Shown in pieces: positions 10,592 to 27,344 of a stretch of 64,000 nucleotides of DNA. Each line of letters opens with the position of its first letter. Positions within the stretch are counted from its first letter, which is position 1. A model generated the notes under the pieces. That model was not told the DNA's origin. It saw only the letters and a program-made list of their open reading frames with translations, and did not search any database. The position numbers were made by a program, and so were the translations under genes. Source of the DNA: an uncultured Puniceicoccaceae bacterium (GTDB lineage Bacteria > Verrucomicrobiota > Verrucomicrobiia > Opitutales > Oceanipulchritudinaceae); assembly GCA_963933835.1 (NCBI GenBank), contig CAWVVV010000001.1, positions 288,001-352,000 on the forward strand. Reading direction: 5' to 3'.

Positions 10592-11029
10592 GTCCACGAA
10601 TAACACAAATACTCATTCTACATGGAAGTATTTCACAAGGATTTGGCTTATCAAATTATGGGAGCATGTTTTGAAGTGCACAATTCGATGGGTGCTGGAT
10701 TTTTAGAATCTGTATATCAGGAGTGCTTGGAGATTGAGCTAGAGAAGAGAGACATACTATATGCAGCACAAGAGACCTTGGCGATCGCTTACAAAGGCCA
10801 ACAACTTTCGCAAAAGTATATCCCCCATTTTATTATTGATCAGAAAGTCATTCTAGAAATCAAAGCACTTTCCAATCTCACCCCTGACCACCGTGGCCAA
10901 ACCCTTAACTACTTAAAAGCCACCGGCCTAAAACTAGCCCTCCTCGTAAACTTCGGCTCAATCGACAAACTAGAATCCGAACGCCTAGTTCTCTGAGCCC
11001 ATTCGTTAAAATTCGTGTTATTCGTGGAC
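10592..11029. repeat. 19-bp inverted repeats flanking the GxxExxY gene
   Basis: Left GTCCACGAATAACACAAAT (10592-10610) versus reverse complement of right ATTCGTGTTATTCGTGGAC (11011-11029): 18/19 identical; ATTCGT recurs at 11001, 11011 and 11020. Confidence 0.85.
10622..10996 (+). CDS. GxxExxY protein (PD-(D/E)xK nuclease-like)
   Basis: IMGACFEVHNSMGAGFLESVYQECL...ILEIKA...QTLNYLKATGLKLALLVNFG. Confidence 0.93.
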   Translation: MEVFHKDLAYQIMGACFEVHNSMGAGFLESVYQECLEIELEKRDILYAAQETLAIAYKGQQLSQKYIPHFIIDQKVILEIKALSNLTPDHRGQTLNYLKATGLKLALLVNFGSIDKLESERLVL

Positions 11030-11887
11030 AACCTACCCTCACGCTTCCTCCCTGCTGACTTTGATCCGTCGAAACCGATTGCGGTCGTGGCGGGGCAACG
11101 CGATTATCCGATTCTTGCAGTGGCGAGCATTCGAGCCGCTGGGCTACAGGTTCGCCTTATTGCGTTTGAAGGTGAAACTGATGACGCGCTGTATGAGAGT
11201 TTTGGTGACAGCGAGCGCGCGAAGATAAAGGTCGGCCAAGTAGGCAAGATGCTCAAAGCCCTCCAACGGATGAACTGCGGTTATGCGATTTTTGTAGGGC
11301 AGATCACGCCGGGGCGACTGTTCCGCGACCTAAAGCCAGACCTGAAGGCAATCGCTATGCTCGCGATGCTAAAGGAGCGAAATGCGGAAACGATCTTTGG
11401 CAGTATCGTTGCTGAAGTGCAGAAGGTCGGAGTCTCGATGCTCGATGCCCGAGCCTTCATGGATGACCATCTCGCTTCGGTGGGCCTCATGACGCGCGGG
11501 AAACTCAAAGCCGATCAGGAGCACATAGATTTCGGGGTTCAAAAAGCCCGAGAGATTGCCGCCCTCGACATTGGGCAAGGCGTCGTCGTGCGCAAAGGAA
11601 CCGTTCTCGCGGTAGAAGCTTTCGAAGGGACCGACGACATGCTCGCTCGTGCGAATAAGTATAAGACAGAGAAATTGATTTTCGTTAAAACAAGTAAGCC
11701 CACCCAAAAACCTTTCTTCGACTGGCCCTGCTTCGGCGAAAAGACGCTCGAAACAATGGCGTCCTCCGGCATCTCAACCGCCGCCCTTGAGGCCGACTGT
11801 GCACTCCTTCTCGGCAAGCCGGGGTTAATTGAGAAAGCTAATCAACTTGGGATTGAGCTTATCGGCTACACCACCCAAGATAAATGA
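11015..11887 (+). CDS. lpxI: UDP-2,3-diacylglucosamine diphosphatase LpxI (start may be GTG 11024)
   Basis: VVAGQRDYP; LDIGQGVVVRKGTVLAVEAFEGTDDML; FVKTSKP.Q. Confidence 0.88.
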   Translation: MLFVDNLPSRFLPADFDPSKPIAVVAGQRDYPILAVASIRAAGLQVRLIAFEGETDDALYESFGDSERAKIKVGQVGKMLKALQRMNCGYAIFVGQITPGRLFRDLKPDLKAIAMLAMLKERNAETIFGSIVAEVQKVGVSMLDARAFMDDHLASVGLMTRGKLKADQEHIDFGVQKAREIAALDIGQGVVVRKGTVLAVEAFEGTDDMLARANKYKTEKLIFVKTSKPTQKPFFDWPCFGEKTLETMASSGISTAALEADCALLLGKPGLIEKANQLGIELIGYTTQDK

Positions 11888-12537
11888 GTTCCATTATGAA
11901 TAAAGCCCTTACACTCCTCATTCTAGCCTTCAGTGGAGCCCTCAGCTCTGCGCAAATCGTTTTCGAAGAGAAGGTCATCGAGCACACAGCGACGGTTGAC
12001 GAATCTAATTTCGCCGCCGTTTTCAAATTCCAGAACGTGGGCGATGACACGATCGAAATCAAGAAGCCCTCTTCGTCCTGCGGCTGCACTGTTCCGAGTC
12101 TCGAGAAGACGACTTACGCACCCGGCGAAGAAGGTGAGATTACGGCAGTTTTTTCCTACGGCACACGTTCTGGCACACAGCACAAGACGGTAACCGTTCC
12201 GACCTCCAAAGGCACCCATGAGCTAGCCCTCACGGTCGACATCCCTCTTCGCTACTCCCTCGACGTCCGCCTCCTCCATTGGAAAAAATCGGAGGTAATG
12301 GCGCCAAAAACGGCCAATTTCCAATTCCACGTCGACCTACCAGTCGAGCTTATTGGACACACCGTCAACGAGGCACACTACAATCTCGACTTAAAGATCT
12401 CGCCAGAAAGTGGTATTGTAACCGCGACAATCCGACCCACTGCAAACGCTCCGGCAAAGATCAACCGAACCGACTGGGAGTTCAAAACTGCGAGCGGAAA
12501 GATCTATAAAATTCCGCTCTACATTCGGGTTTATTGA
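11884..12537 (+). CDS. DUF1573-domain secreted protein
   Basis: Signal peptide; FKFQNVGD...SSCGCT..L.K..YAPGEEGEI motif. Confidence 0.8.
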   Translation: MSSIMNKALTLLILAFSGALSSAQIVFEEKVIEHTATVDESNFAAVFKFQNVGDDTIEIKKPSSSCGCTVPSLEKTTYAPGEEGEITAVFSYGTRSGTQHKTVTVPTSKGTHELALTVDIPLRYSLDVRLLHWKKSEVMAPKTANFQFHVDLPVELIGHTVNEAHYNLDLKISPESGIVTATIRPTANAPAKINRTDWEFKTASGKIYKIPLYIRVY

Positions 12538-12593
12538 AGTACCGACAAAGCGTTACTTACTAGTGCGAGATAGATACATTTTAACCCGCCAGC

Positions 12594-13895
12594 ATGTTTG
12601 ACGTTCGCGAGAAACCCAAATTCGTCGAACGCGCATTACTCGTTGGAGCTTTTCTTGCGAAAGAATCCGAGGATCGGACGATCACCCTTTTGGAGGAGCT
12701 GGAAGAGCTCGTTACAACCCTGGGAATTAATATCGGCGGCACAATGCTGGCCAAGGTCCGTCAGCCGAATCCAAAGCTGCTCGTAGGCACCGGAAAAGCG
12801 GATGAGATCATCGCTCGCGCACTGGCTGAGGAATGCGACTGCATCGTCTTTGACGCCGAGCTCACGCCCGGCCAACAGCGCAACTGGGAAGCTCTGAGTA
12901 AGCTTTGTGTGATCGATCGGCAGGAAGTCATCCTAGATATTTTCCGTGAGCGTGCCCAGACAAAGGAAGCTGTTCTCCAGGTTGAACTTGCCCGGGCCCA
13001 GCATTCCTTGCCTCGCTTGAAAAATGCGTGGACCCACCTGAGTCGGCAGCGCGGCGGTGGTGGTGTGACACAGCGCGGCGAAGGTGAAGCCCAGATCGAG
13101 CTCGATCAGCGCATGGTCAGAGACAGCATTGCCGCCCTCAGAAAAGAGCTCGATGTCGTCGTAAAACAGCGCCATGTCCAACGTCACCAGCGTCAACGAG
13201 TGCCACTACCGACCGGAGCCATCGTTGGTTATACAAATGCTGGTAAGTCGACCCTACTAAATCGGCTCACGGGAGCCGATGTCGTGGTCGAAGATAAACT
13301 CTTCGCCACCCTCGATCCAACGACACGGCAGCTGATCCTCCCACGTGGTCAGAAACTACTCCTGACCGACACCGTAGGCTTTGTAAGACGTCTACCGCAC
13401 AGTCTGATTGAAGCCTTCAAGGCGACGCTCGAAGAATCCGTCCAGAGTGATTTCTTAATACATGTCTTAGATCTAACGAACCCTGATCTCGCTGAACATT
13501 TCGAGACGACTTGCAAGGTCCTTGAGGAACTCGGTGTGGGCGAAAAGCCCAGTATCTACGTCTACAACAAGGTCGATGGCTTAGATCTGAAGTCAGGCGA
13601 ACTACCCGCAGCACTCGTCGGTTCAGAGTTGCCGACAAAGGATGCACTCTTCGTCAGCGCGATGACCGGAGACGGAATCCCAGCGCTGCTCGAATCGATC
13701 GAAAAGCTTCTTTCCAAAACCCGGCGCACAGTCGAACTACTCGTCCCGCATTCCCGCTACGATATCATCAACAAGCTCCACCAAGCCGGTGCCATTCGAC
13801 ACGAGGATGCAAAGGAGGATGGTGTCCATATTGTCGCTTTAATTCCACCCAGTCTCGAAGGCCTTATCACCGACTTTTGCACTACTGTGAATTAG
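12594..13895 (+). CDS. hflX: Ribosome-splitting GTPase HflX
   Basis: GYTNAGKSTLLN, LFATLDPTTR, DTVGF, NKVD. Confidence 0.96.
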   Translation: MFDVREKPKFVERALLVGAFLAKESEDRTITLLEELEELVTTLGINIGGTMLAKVRQPNPKLLVGTGKADEIIARALAEECDCIVFDAELTPGQQRNWEALSKLCVIDRQEVILDIFRERAQTKEAVLQVELARAQHSLPRLKNAWTHLSRQRGGGGVTQRGEGEAQIELDQRMVRDSIAALRKELDVVVKQRHVQRHQRQRVPLPTGAIVGYTNAGKSTLLNRLTGADVVVEDKLFATLDPTTRQLILPRGQKLLLTDTVGFVRRLPHSLIEAFKATLEESVQSDFLIHVLDLTNPDLAEHFETTCKVLEELGVGEKPSIYVYNKVDGLDLKSGELPAALVGSELPTKDALFVSAMTGDGIPALLESIEKLLSKTRRTVELLVPHSRYDIINKLHQAGAIRHEDAKEDGVHIVALIPPSLEGLITDFCTTVN

Positions 13896-14102
13896 GAACC
13901 GATTTCACGTTAAAGAGGACGCCTGACGGCCGCCAAGGTGTATAGCACATCTATTGATCAGATTATAAGGCCACCTACATTCCACCATTAGGGTAGACTC
14001 TAGGCACTCATCATTTCGTTTTTGTCTTGGGCATAGCGATAAGCTTAACTAATTATTATGCCATACTTAATAAGCATAATTAATTATTAATAGCTATACA
14101 TA

Positions 14103-14780
14103 ATGACGATTAAAAGCGTAATACTCGCATCCTCGCTCTTAGGAATTTTCCTTTCAGGTGCAAATTTAGGCTACGCTCGAGACGACATTCAATGGTGGCA
14201 ATGGCTCAATCTGAACCTAATGGAAGAAGGGCCTCATAAAATCCATCTATACTTGGACAATCGTATAGTGGAAGATGTCACAGAGGAAAGACTTTGGCTC
14301 GCGAGCATCGGCTACAAGTATCAAGCCAGTAAGCGAACCCAGATTGGCTTGGGCTACACCTACCTCGATATACGCAATATCGCGCAAGACACCTGGATGC
14401 ACCGGCAACGACTTGAATTGGAGGTTAGCCACGAAACAAAGCTCAACGCATCGCTGAAGCTTCACTTGCGCAACCGGATCGAAATTTGGTGGGACGAAGA
14501 TGAAAATACCGACGAATATCGCTCCCGTCACCGTATCCAACTAAGTCATCCACTTTCTATTGGAAAACTCTACAAGATCTATACTAATACCGAAGTCTTC
14601 TATAACTACGAACGAGATCTTCTTAGCCAAGTGCGGACCATACCCGTCGGCCTCGGCTTTAAATTGAGCAAAGCAACCCAGCTCAGTATTTTTTATATGA
14701 TACAATCCAATCGGGCGACGAATGGAATGCCTTGGTCACACAACCACGCAATAGGGACACACCTTAACCACACTTTTTAA
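14103..14780 (+). CDS. DUF2490-like outer-membrane beta-barrel protein
   Basis: Signal peptide; alternating beta strands (LHLRNRIEIWW, RSRHRIQL, TEVFYN); C-terminal Phe. Confidence 0.7.
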   Translation: MTIKSVILASSLLGIFLSGANLGYARDDIQWWQWLNLNLMEEGPHKIHLYLDNRIVEDVTEERLWLASIGYKYQASKRTQIGLGYTYLDIRNIAQDTWMHRQRLELEVSHETKLNASLKLHLRNRIEIWWDEDENTDEYRSRHRIQLSHPLSIGKLYKIYTNTEVFYNYERDLLSQVRTIPVGLGFKLSKATQLSIFYMIQSNRATNGMPWSHNHAIGTHLNHTF

Positions 14781-14800
14781 ATACATTTACCTGAAGGATC

Positions 14801-15196
14801 ATGAGGATCAGCAAACAAACGATCGGACTTATCGCAGGACTGACAGCTCTGGCGGCTCCATCCTTCATCCCTCTAGGATCACTCAGCCTCGAAGGTCAAA
14901 TTGCGCTGGGGATCTTTCTGATGGCAGGAATTTTCTGGATTCTAGAACCCATCCCTATCTACGCGACCTCCATGGTGGTTATCCTTCTGCAAGTCTTTCT
15001 CCTCAGTGATAAAGGTCTCACTCTGGACTACCTAGGGAATTATAAACCTCAGCCATACACCGCTTTCTACGGCACACTCGCTAGCCCGATCATTATTTTA
15101 TTTCTGGGGGGCTTTCCCCTCGCTGCGGCAGCGGTCAAATCGCAAAAGATTATCCTCGATTTGCTCGAAAGCTGGTACGGCGCCTCTCAGGATTAG
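14801..15196 (+). pseudogene. DASS/SLC13 permease, N-terminal fragment only
   Basis: IFLMAGIFWILEPIPIYATS...LASPIIILFLGGF.LAAAAVK matches the DASS N-terminus; similarity ends at about 15139, then a short out-of-family tail and a stop (full-length DASS is roughly 450-500 aa). Confidence 0.8.
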
Positions 15197-15828
15197 ATAC
15201 TGCCAGCTGGGTCCTTCTAGGGCTGACTCCAAACAGCTCACCCGACCTGAATACGCTCGAACGCGACCTAGACTTTCTTGATCTGGGAATTGACCTGCGC
15301 AGCATCCGCTTATCTTCAGGGCGTATCAGCAAGCTCATCGCCAGCCTAAAAAACTATGCTGCCCCAGGTAAAGGAGACTGGGAAAAGATCGATGCTCTCG
15401 AGGGGATCAAAGACACTCTAACCGTCTTAAATAGCAGTCTCCACCCATACCGTCTCCATACAGACTTATCACCCCTTGAGCCCGTTCGGGGCATCGCTAG
15501 CGAACTAAATCAGGTTTGGACAAATCTCCTAGTCAACGCCTGCCAGGCGACTCAGCCCAATGGTGAAATCTGGATATCAACCCAAAGCACTCCTAAAGGT
15601 ATCGTGGTATCCATTTCCGATAGTGGGAGTGGTATAGATCCAGACTACATCGAACAGATATTCGAAATGAATTTCACGACAAAGAAGACCAAATCAAATT
15701 TCGGGCTGGGACTAGGACTTTCTATTTCTAAAGAGATCATCGAAAAACACGGTGGTCAGATTCGCGCTTCCAATCGAAAAGACGGCGGCGCTTGTTTCGA
15801 AGTCCTTCTTCCTACAAGAGGCGCGTAG
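15139..15828 (+). pseudogene. Sensor histidine kinase, C-terminal (HATPase_c) fragment with no sensor, H-box or start
   Basis: Frame-1 translation: ...RISKLIASLKNYA...ELNQVWTNLLVNACQA...ISDSGSGI...FTTKK...GLGLGLSISKEIIEKHGG (N, G1, F, G2 boxes). Confidence 0.85.
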
Positions 15829-15895
15829 AGGCAGTTTCTGTTTTACCTCTACTGAAAGACACCCGATCAAGTATTTCACAGTGCCGCTTGGATAC

Positions 15896-15930
15896 AAAAA
15901 AACCGCGAGCCCAGTAAAGGACCCGCGGTT
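15896..15930 (-). terminator. Intrinsic terminator after rpoC
   Basis: AACCGCG...CGCGGTT stem with an A-run at 15896-15902 (U-tail on minus strand). Confidence 0.75.
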
Positions 15931-15954
15931 GAAATGTTTAGCTAACTGCTAGGA

Positions 15955-20082
<4,128 letters not shown>

Positions 20083-20121
20083 AGTGTTAATTCTTTAAAG
20101 TTCTGAGTGGTGAGAGGTGGC

Positions 20122-23901
<3,780 letters not shown>

Positions 23902-23994
23902 GGTAGTGGGTCTTCTAGATTATTGCGGTGAGAAAGGTAACGATGCGAAGTCGGGAGCACCGCAAAACGGTGCTTCCGACGACGCATTGATCAT

Positions 23995-24049
23995 GAACAA
24001 AAATGAAAACAAACAACCAGACCGCATCCTGTGGATGCGATCTGGTTGT
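23995..24049 (-). terminator. Terminator/attenuator between rplL and rpoB (second hairpin at 23950-23980)
   Basis: ACAACCAGACCGCATCC-tgt-GGATGCGATCTGGTTGT hairpin with U-rich minus-strand tail; GTCGGGAGCACCG-caaaa-CGGTGCTTCCGAC hairpin downstream. Confidence 0.65.
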
Positions 24050-24084
24050 CGGAAAAACTGGATAAAATGTAAGCTTCCAGGAGT

Positions 24085-24468
24085 TTACTTGATTTCGACT
24101 TCGGCGCCAGTGGCTTCGAGTTTCTTTTTAACTTCTTCAGCATCGTCCTTCGTAGTGGCTTCCTTGACTGCCTTAGGAGCACCTTCAACGAGGTCTTTCG
24201 CTTCCTTGAGACCGAGACCAGTGATGCTACGAACTTCCTTGATAACAGCGATCTTGTTTCCGCCGAAGCTCTTCAAGATAACGTTGAATTCAGTTTGTTC
24301 TTCGGTCGCACCAGCGTCACCGCCAGCAACTGGTCCAGCAGCAACAGCAACAGGTGCTGCAGCACTAACGCCCCATTTTTCTTCGAGGTCCTTAACGAGA
24401 CCAGCGATATCGAGAACGGATTGGCCGGAGAGCCATTCGATTACATCTTCTTTTGTAATGTCTGCCAT
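24085..24468 (-). CDS. rplL: 50S ribosomal protein bL12 (L7/L12)
   Basis: [11 protein letters not shown]...[24 protein letters not shown]. Confidence 0.98.
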   Translation of the reverse strand: MADITKEDVIEWLSGQSVLDIAGLVKDLEEKWGVSAAAPVAVAAGPVAGGDAGATEEQTEFNVILKSFGGNKIAVIKEVRSITGLGLKEAKDLVEGAPKAVKEATTKDDAEEVKKKLEATGAEVEIK

Positions 24469-24581
24469 GATATTGATTTTCCTTTGGATCAGTTAGCGCT
24501 ACTTTGGCGACTTGCCTTTTCGTCGTTTAAGGGACTACCCCCCTAACTGAAGCTTTTAGGTAAAGTATAAGGTGAGAGAAC

Positions 24582-25097
24582 TTACCCTTCGTCTTTGTCC
24601 GCTTTCGCTTGGAGGACGTTCAAGAGACCTTCTGGAACTGCTTGAGCGATCCGAACCATCTGCGTGGCTGGAGTGTTGAGAAGAGCGAGGAGTTGTGCTT
24701 TGAGCACCTCGACAGGAGGTAGCTTAGCGAGCTGTGAAATCTCATCTATTGTGAGCGCACCTTTTTCAAGAATGCCCCCCTTAAGTTCGATTTTCTTATT
24801 ATCCTTAAAGAACTTCTCGAGTGCTTTCGCTACGCCGGGAGCATTGCTGCCACCCACAACGATTGCCGTCGGTCCTTTAAGTTGATCATCGAGATCCGGA
24901 TACTCGCGCGCGGAAGCAGCAAGCTTAAGGATGCGGTTCTTTACAACGTGGAACTCAGCGCCGTGCTCTGCGAGGATCTGGCGGAGTTCTTCGGTTTCGA
25001 TAACCGTGATGCGTGTAAAGTCTGCGAGAAAAACGTAGTCTGATTGGTCGAGCCAATCGCCGGTTTCTTCAACGAGGTATTTCTTTTCTTCCTGCAT
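24582..25097 (-). CDS. rplJ: 50S ribosomal protein uL10
   Basis: FHVVKNR..LKGPTAI..LAKLPP; position in cluster. Confidence 0.96.
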   Translation of the reverse strand: MQEEKKYLVEETGDWLDQSDYVFLADFTRITVIETEELRQILAEHGAEFHVVKNRILKLAASAREYPDLDDQLKGPTAIVVGGSNAPGVAKALEKFFKDNKKIELKGGILEKGALTIDEISQLAKLPPVEVLKAQLLALLNTPATQMVRIAQAVPEGLLNVLQAKADKDEG

Positions 25098-25111
25098 GGA
25101 TCGGTCTTCCT

Positions 25112-25810
25112 TTAGTGGTTAGGATAGAGGGCTTGGTCGAGACGGATGCTTGGAGTCATCGTCCCACAGATCGCCATCGTCTTGATGTAGCGAGCACCTT
25201 TGAGGCCATCAGGACGCAATTTCGCAACTGCATCGATGACGGCTTGGATGTTCTCCGCGAGCTGTTCACCAGCGAACGAACGTTTGCCAACGATAACAGC
25301 CATATTGGCTGTCTTATCCATTTTGAATTCAACACGCCCACCCTGCTTGATGTCTTTGAGCGCAGCGGCGATATCGTCTGTCACCGTGCCAGATTTCGGA
25401 TTCGGCATCAGGCCACGAGGTCCGAGAACCCGAGCTGCCTTACGCACTTCCTTCATCCCAGCGACGGTCGACACAGCGACGTCAAAGTCGAGCCAACCGC
25501 CCATGACTTTCTCAATGAGCTCAGTCATACCAGCTTCGTCTGCGCCTGCAGCCTTCGCCGCTTCGACGTCATCGGTAAAGACGATCACGCGGACAGTCTT
25601 ACCGCTGCCATTTGGCAGGTTAAGTGTCCCTCGAATCATTTGATTACTCATGCGAGGATCAACACCGAGGTTGATCGAGAGTTCGACTGTCTCGTCGAAC
25701 TTCGCTTTGGGAAAACGTGCGAGCGTTTCCACCGCTTCTGGAAGCGGATAGTATTTCATACGGTCGACGTGCTCTTGCGCGCTCCGAATGCGTTTAGATA
25801 ATTTAGGCAT
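25112..25810 (-). CDS. rplA: 50S ribosomal protein uL1
   Basis: AKFDETVE; LGPRGLMPNPKSGTVT. Confidence 0.98.
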   Translation of the reverse strand: MPKLSKRIRSAQEHVDRMKYYPLPEAVETLARFPKAKFDETVELSINLGVDPRMSNQMIRGTLNLPNGSGKTVRVIVFTDDVEAAKAAGADEAGMTELIEKVMGGWLDFDVAVSTVAGMKEVRKAARVLGPRGLMPNPKSGTVTDDIAAALKDIKQGGRVEFKMDKTANMAVIVGKRSFAGEQLAENIQAVIDAVAKLRPDGLKGARYIKTMAICGTMTPSIRLDQALYPNH

Positions 25811-25865
25811 ATGTATTCAACTCCCTCGTTGAGGTTCGATCGTTGAGATTGATCAGAAAAAAAAA

Positions 25866-26291
25866 TTACTCCGTGACTTCGATCCCCATCGAACGCGCGG
25901 TCCCCTCGATAACGAGCATCGCAGCATCATCGGTTTGGGCGTTGAGGTCGGCCATCTTGGTCTTCGCGATCTCGAGGACCTGCGAACATGACACTTTGCC
26001 GACCTTATCCTTATTCGGGACCCCAGAGCCTTTGGCAATCCCTGCAGCCTTCTTCAGAAGGTAGGAAGCCGGTGGCGACTTTGTGATGAAAGAGAAGGAG
26101 CGATCTGCGTAAACCGTGATCACGGTCGGCAGGATCATTCCGGCTTTTTCTTTTGTCCGCGCATTAAAGTCCTTACAAAAGGCCATAATGTTGACCCCAG
26201 CAGCACCGAGTGCGGGACCGACGGGTGGGGATGGGTTTGCTGCACCTGCTGGGAGCTGCAGTTTGATTGTTCCTGTGATTTTCTTGGCCAT
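25866..26291 (-). CDS. rplK: 50S ribosomal protein uL11
   Basis: [15 protein letters not shown]. Confidence 0.98.
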   Translation of the reverse strand: MAKKITGTIKLQLPAGAANPSPPVGPALGAAGVNIMAFCKDFNARTKEKAGMILPTVITVYADRSFSFITKSPPASYLLKKAAGIAKGSGVPNKDKVGKVSCSQVLEIAKTKMADLNAQTDDAAMLVIEGTARSMGIEVTE

Positions 26292-26312
26292 CGAATAAAA
26301 GAGATAAAGGGA

Positions 26313-26924
26313 TTAGTTTTCTTCGGAATCACGCTCAACTTGCCAATACTCGAGGAGAACTGGAGTGAAGCGGCCGAAAATAGAGACAGAGATTTTGAGT
26401 TTGCCTGCTTCCGGATCGATCTCGTCGATGCGTCCGGTGAGGTTGAGGAAAGGTCCGTCGGTGATTTTGACGTCTTCGCCCACTTCGTATTGCACCTTCG
26501 GCACTTCCTTGCCTTCATTTTCTGCAACCTGAGTGAGGATACGGTCAATTTCTGAGGACTTGAGCGCGCTAGGTGATTTACCGCCGGCAAATCCAATCAC
26601 GCCGTCGGCACCATTGATGTAATACCAAACCTTCTGGACGATATTATCGTCTTCGTCGTAGAGCCGGCAATTCACGAAGATATAACCAGGATAAAGCTTA
26701 CGCTTCCGGTTAGATTTCTTGCCCTGCTTGACCTCTGAAATCGTTTCCATCGGAACGAGCACCTCGAAGACGAAGTCCTCGAGTTCGTTGTCAGGGATGT
26801 AACGGTCGATGTAGCGCTTTGCGGCAGGCTCTTTATTGGAGAGGGCCTGCACAACAAACCAAGAGCCCCTTGCTTCTGGAGAAGAGGGGGTCGACTGATC
26901 GAGTGCGTTGTCGGAGGATTCCAT
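26313..26924 (-). CDS. nusG: Transcription termination/antitermination factor NusG
   Basis: RKLYPGYIFV; GEDVKITDGPF; VSIFGRFTPV; secE-nusG-rplK synteny. Confidence 0.97.
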   Translation of the reverse strand: MESSDNALDQSTPSSPEARGSWFVVQALSNKEPAAKRYIDRYIPDNELEDFVFEVLVPMETISEVKQGKKSNRKRKLYPGYIFVNCRLYDEDDNIVQKVWYYINGADGVIGFAGGKSPSALKSSEIDRILTQVAENEGKEVPKVQYEVGEDVKITDGPFLNLTGRIDEIDPEAGKLKISVSIFGRFTPVLLEYWQVERDSEEN

Positions 26925-26950
26925 GGGTGGGACTGTAAAGAAGTGTGACT

Positions 26951-27151
26951 CTAGCGGACCACTTTAGTGATGAGCTCGATCCAGTTGTAAACTGCGAAAT
27001 CAGCGAGAGCGATATAACCACCAAGAAGTAACGAAGCGATCAGGATCACAACAGTGCTGTCGCGAAGCTCTTTCGCCGTCGGCCACACAGACTTACGGAG
27101 CTCTTGTGCTGTCTCGGAGAAAAATTGGCGGGTGCGGCGAATCGAATTCAT
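26951..27151 (-). CDS. secE: Preprotein translocase subunit SecE
   Basis: MNSIRRTRQFFSETAQELRKSVWPTAKELRDSTVV plus one TM; the longer ORF-track start overlaps tRNA-Trp, so ATG 27151 was used. Confidence 0.93.
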   Translation of the reverse strand: MNSIRRTRQFFSETAQELRKSVWPTAKELRDSTVVILIASLLLGGYIALADFAVYNWIELITKVVR

Positions 27152-27183
27152 GGGAAGGCTAACTATACGGGTTTCAGCGAGAT

Positions 27184-27259
27184 TGGCAGGGCAGGAGGGA
27201 CTCGAACCCCCAACCAATGGTTTTGGAAACCACTACTCTACCAATTGAGCCACTGCCCT
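27184..27259 (-). tRNA. tRNA-Trp(CCA)
   Basis: AGGGCAGTGGCTCAATTGGTAGAG...TTCCAAA...GTTCGAGTCC...TGCCCTGCCA cloverleaf with encoded CCA. Confidence 0.96.
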
Positions 27260-27344
27260 AGACAATAATAACTGTGAAAAACAGGGAAGCCGGGAACCCT
27301 GAAATGGATCCCCGGCTCACCCGGAAAGGTGGTAGAATGAAGAA

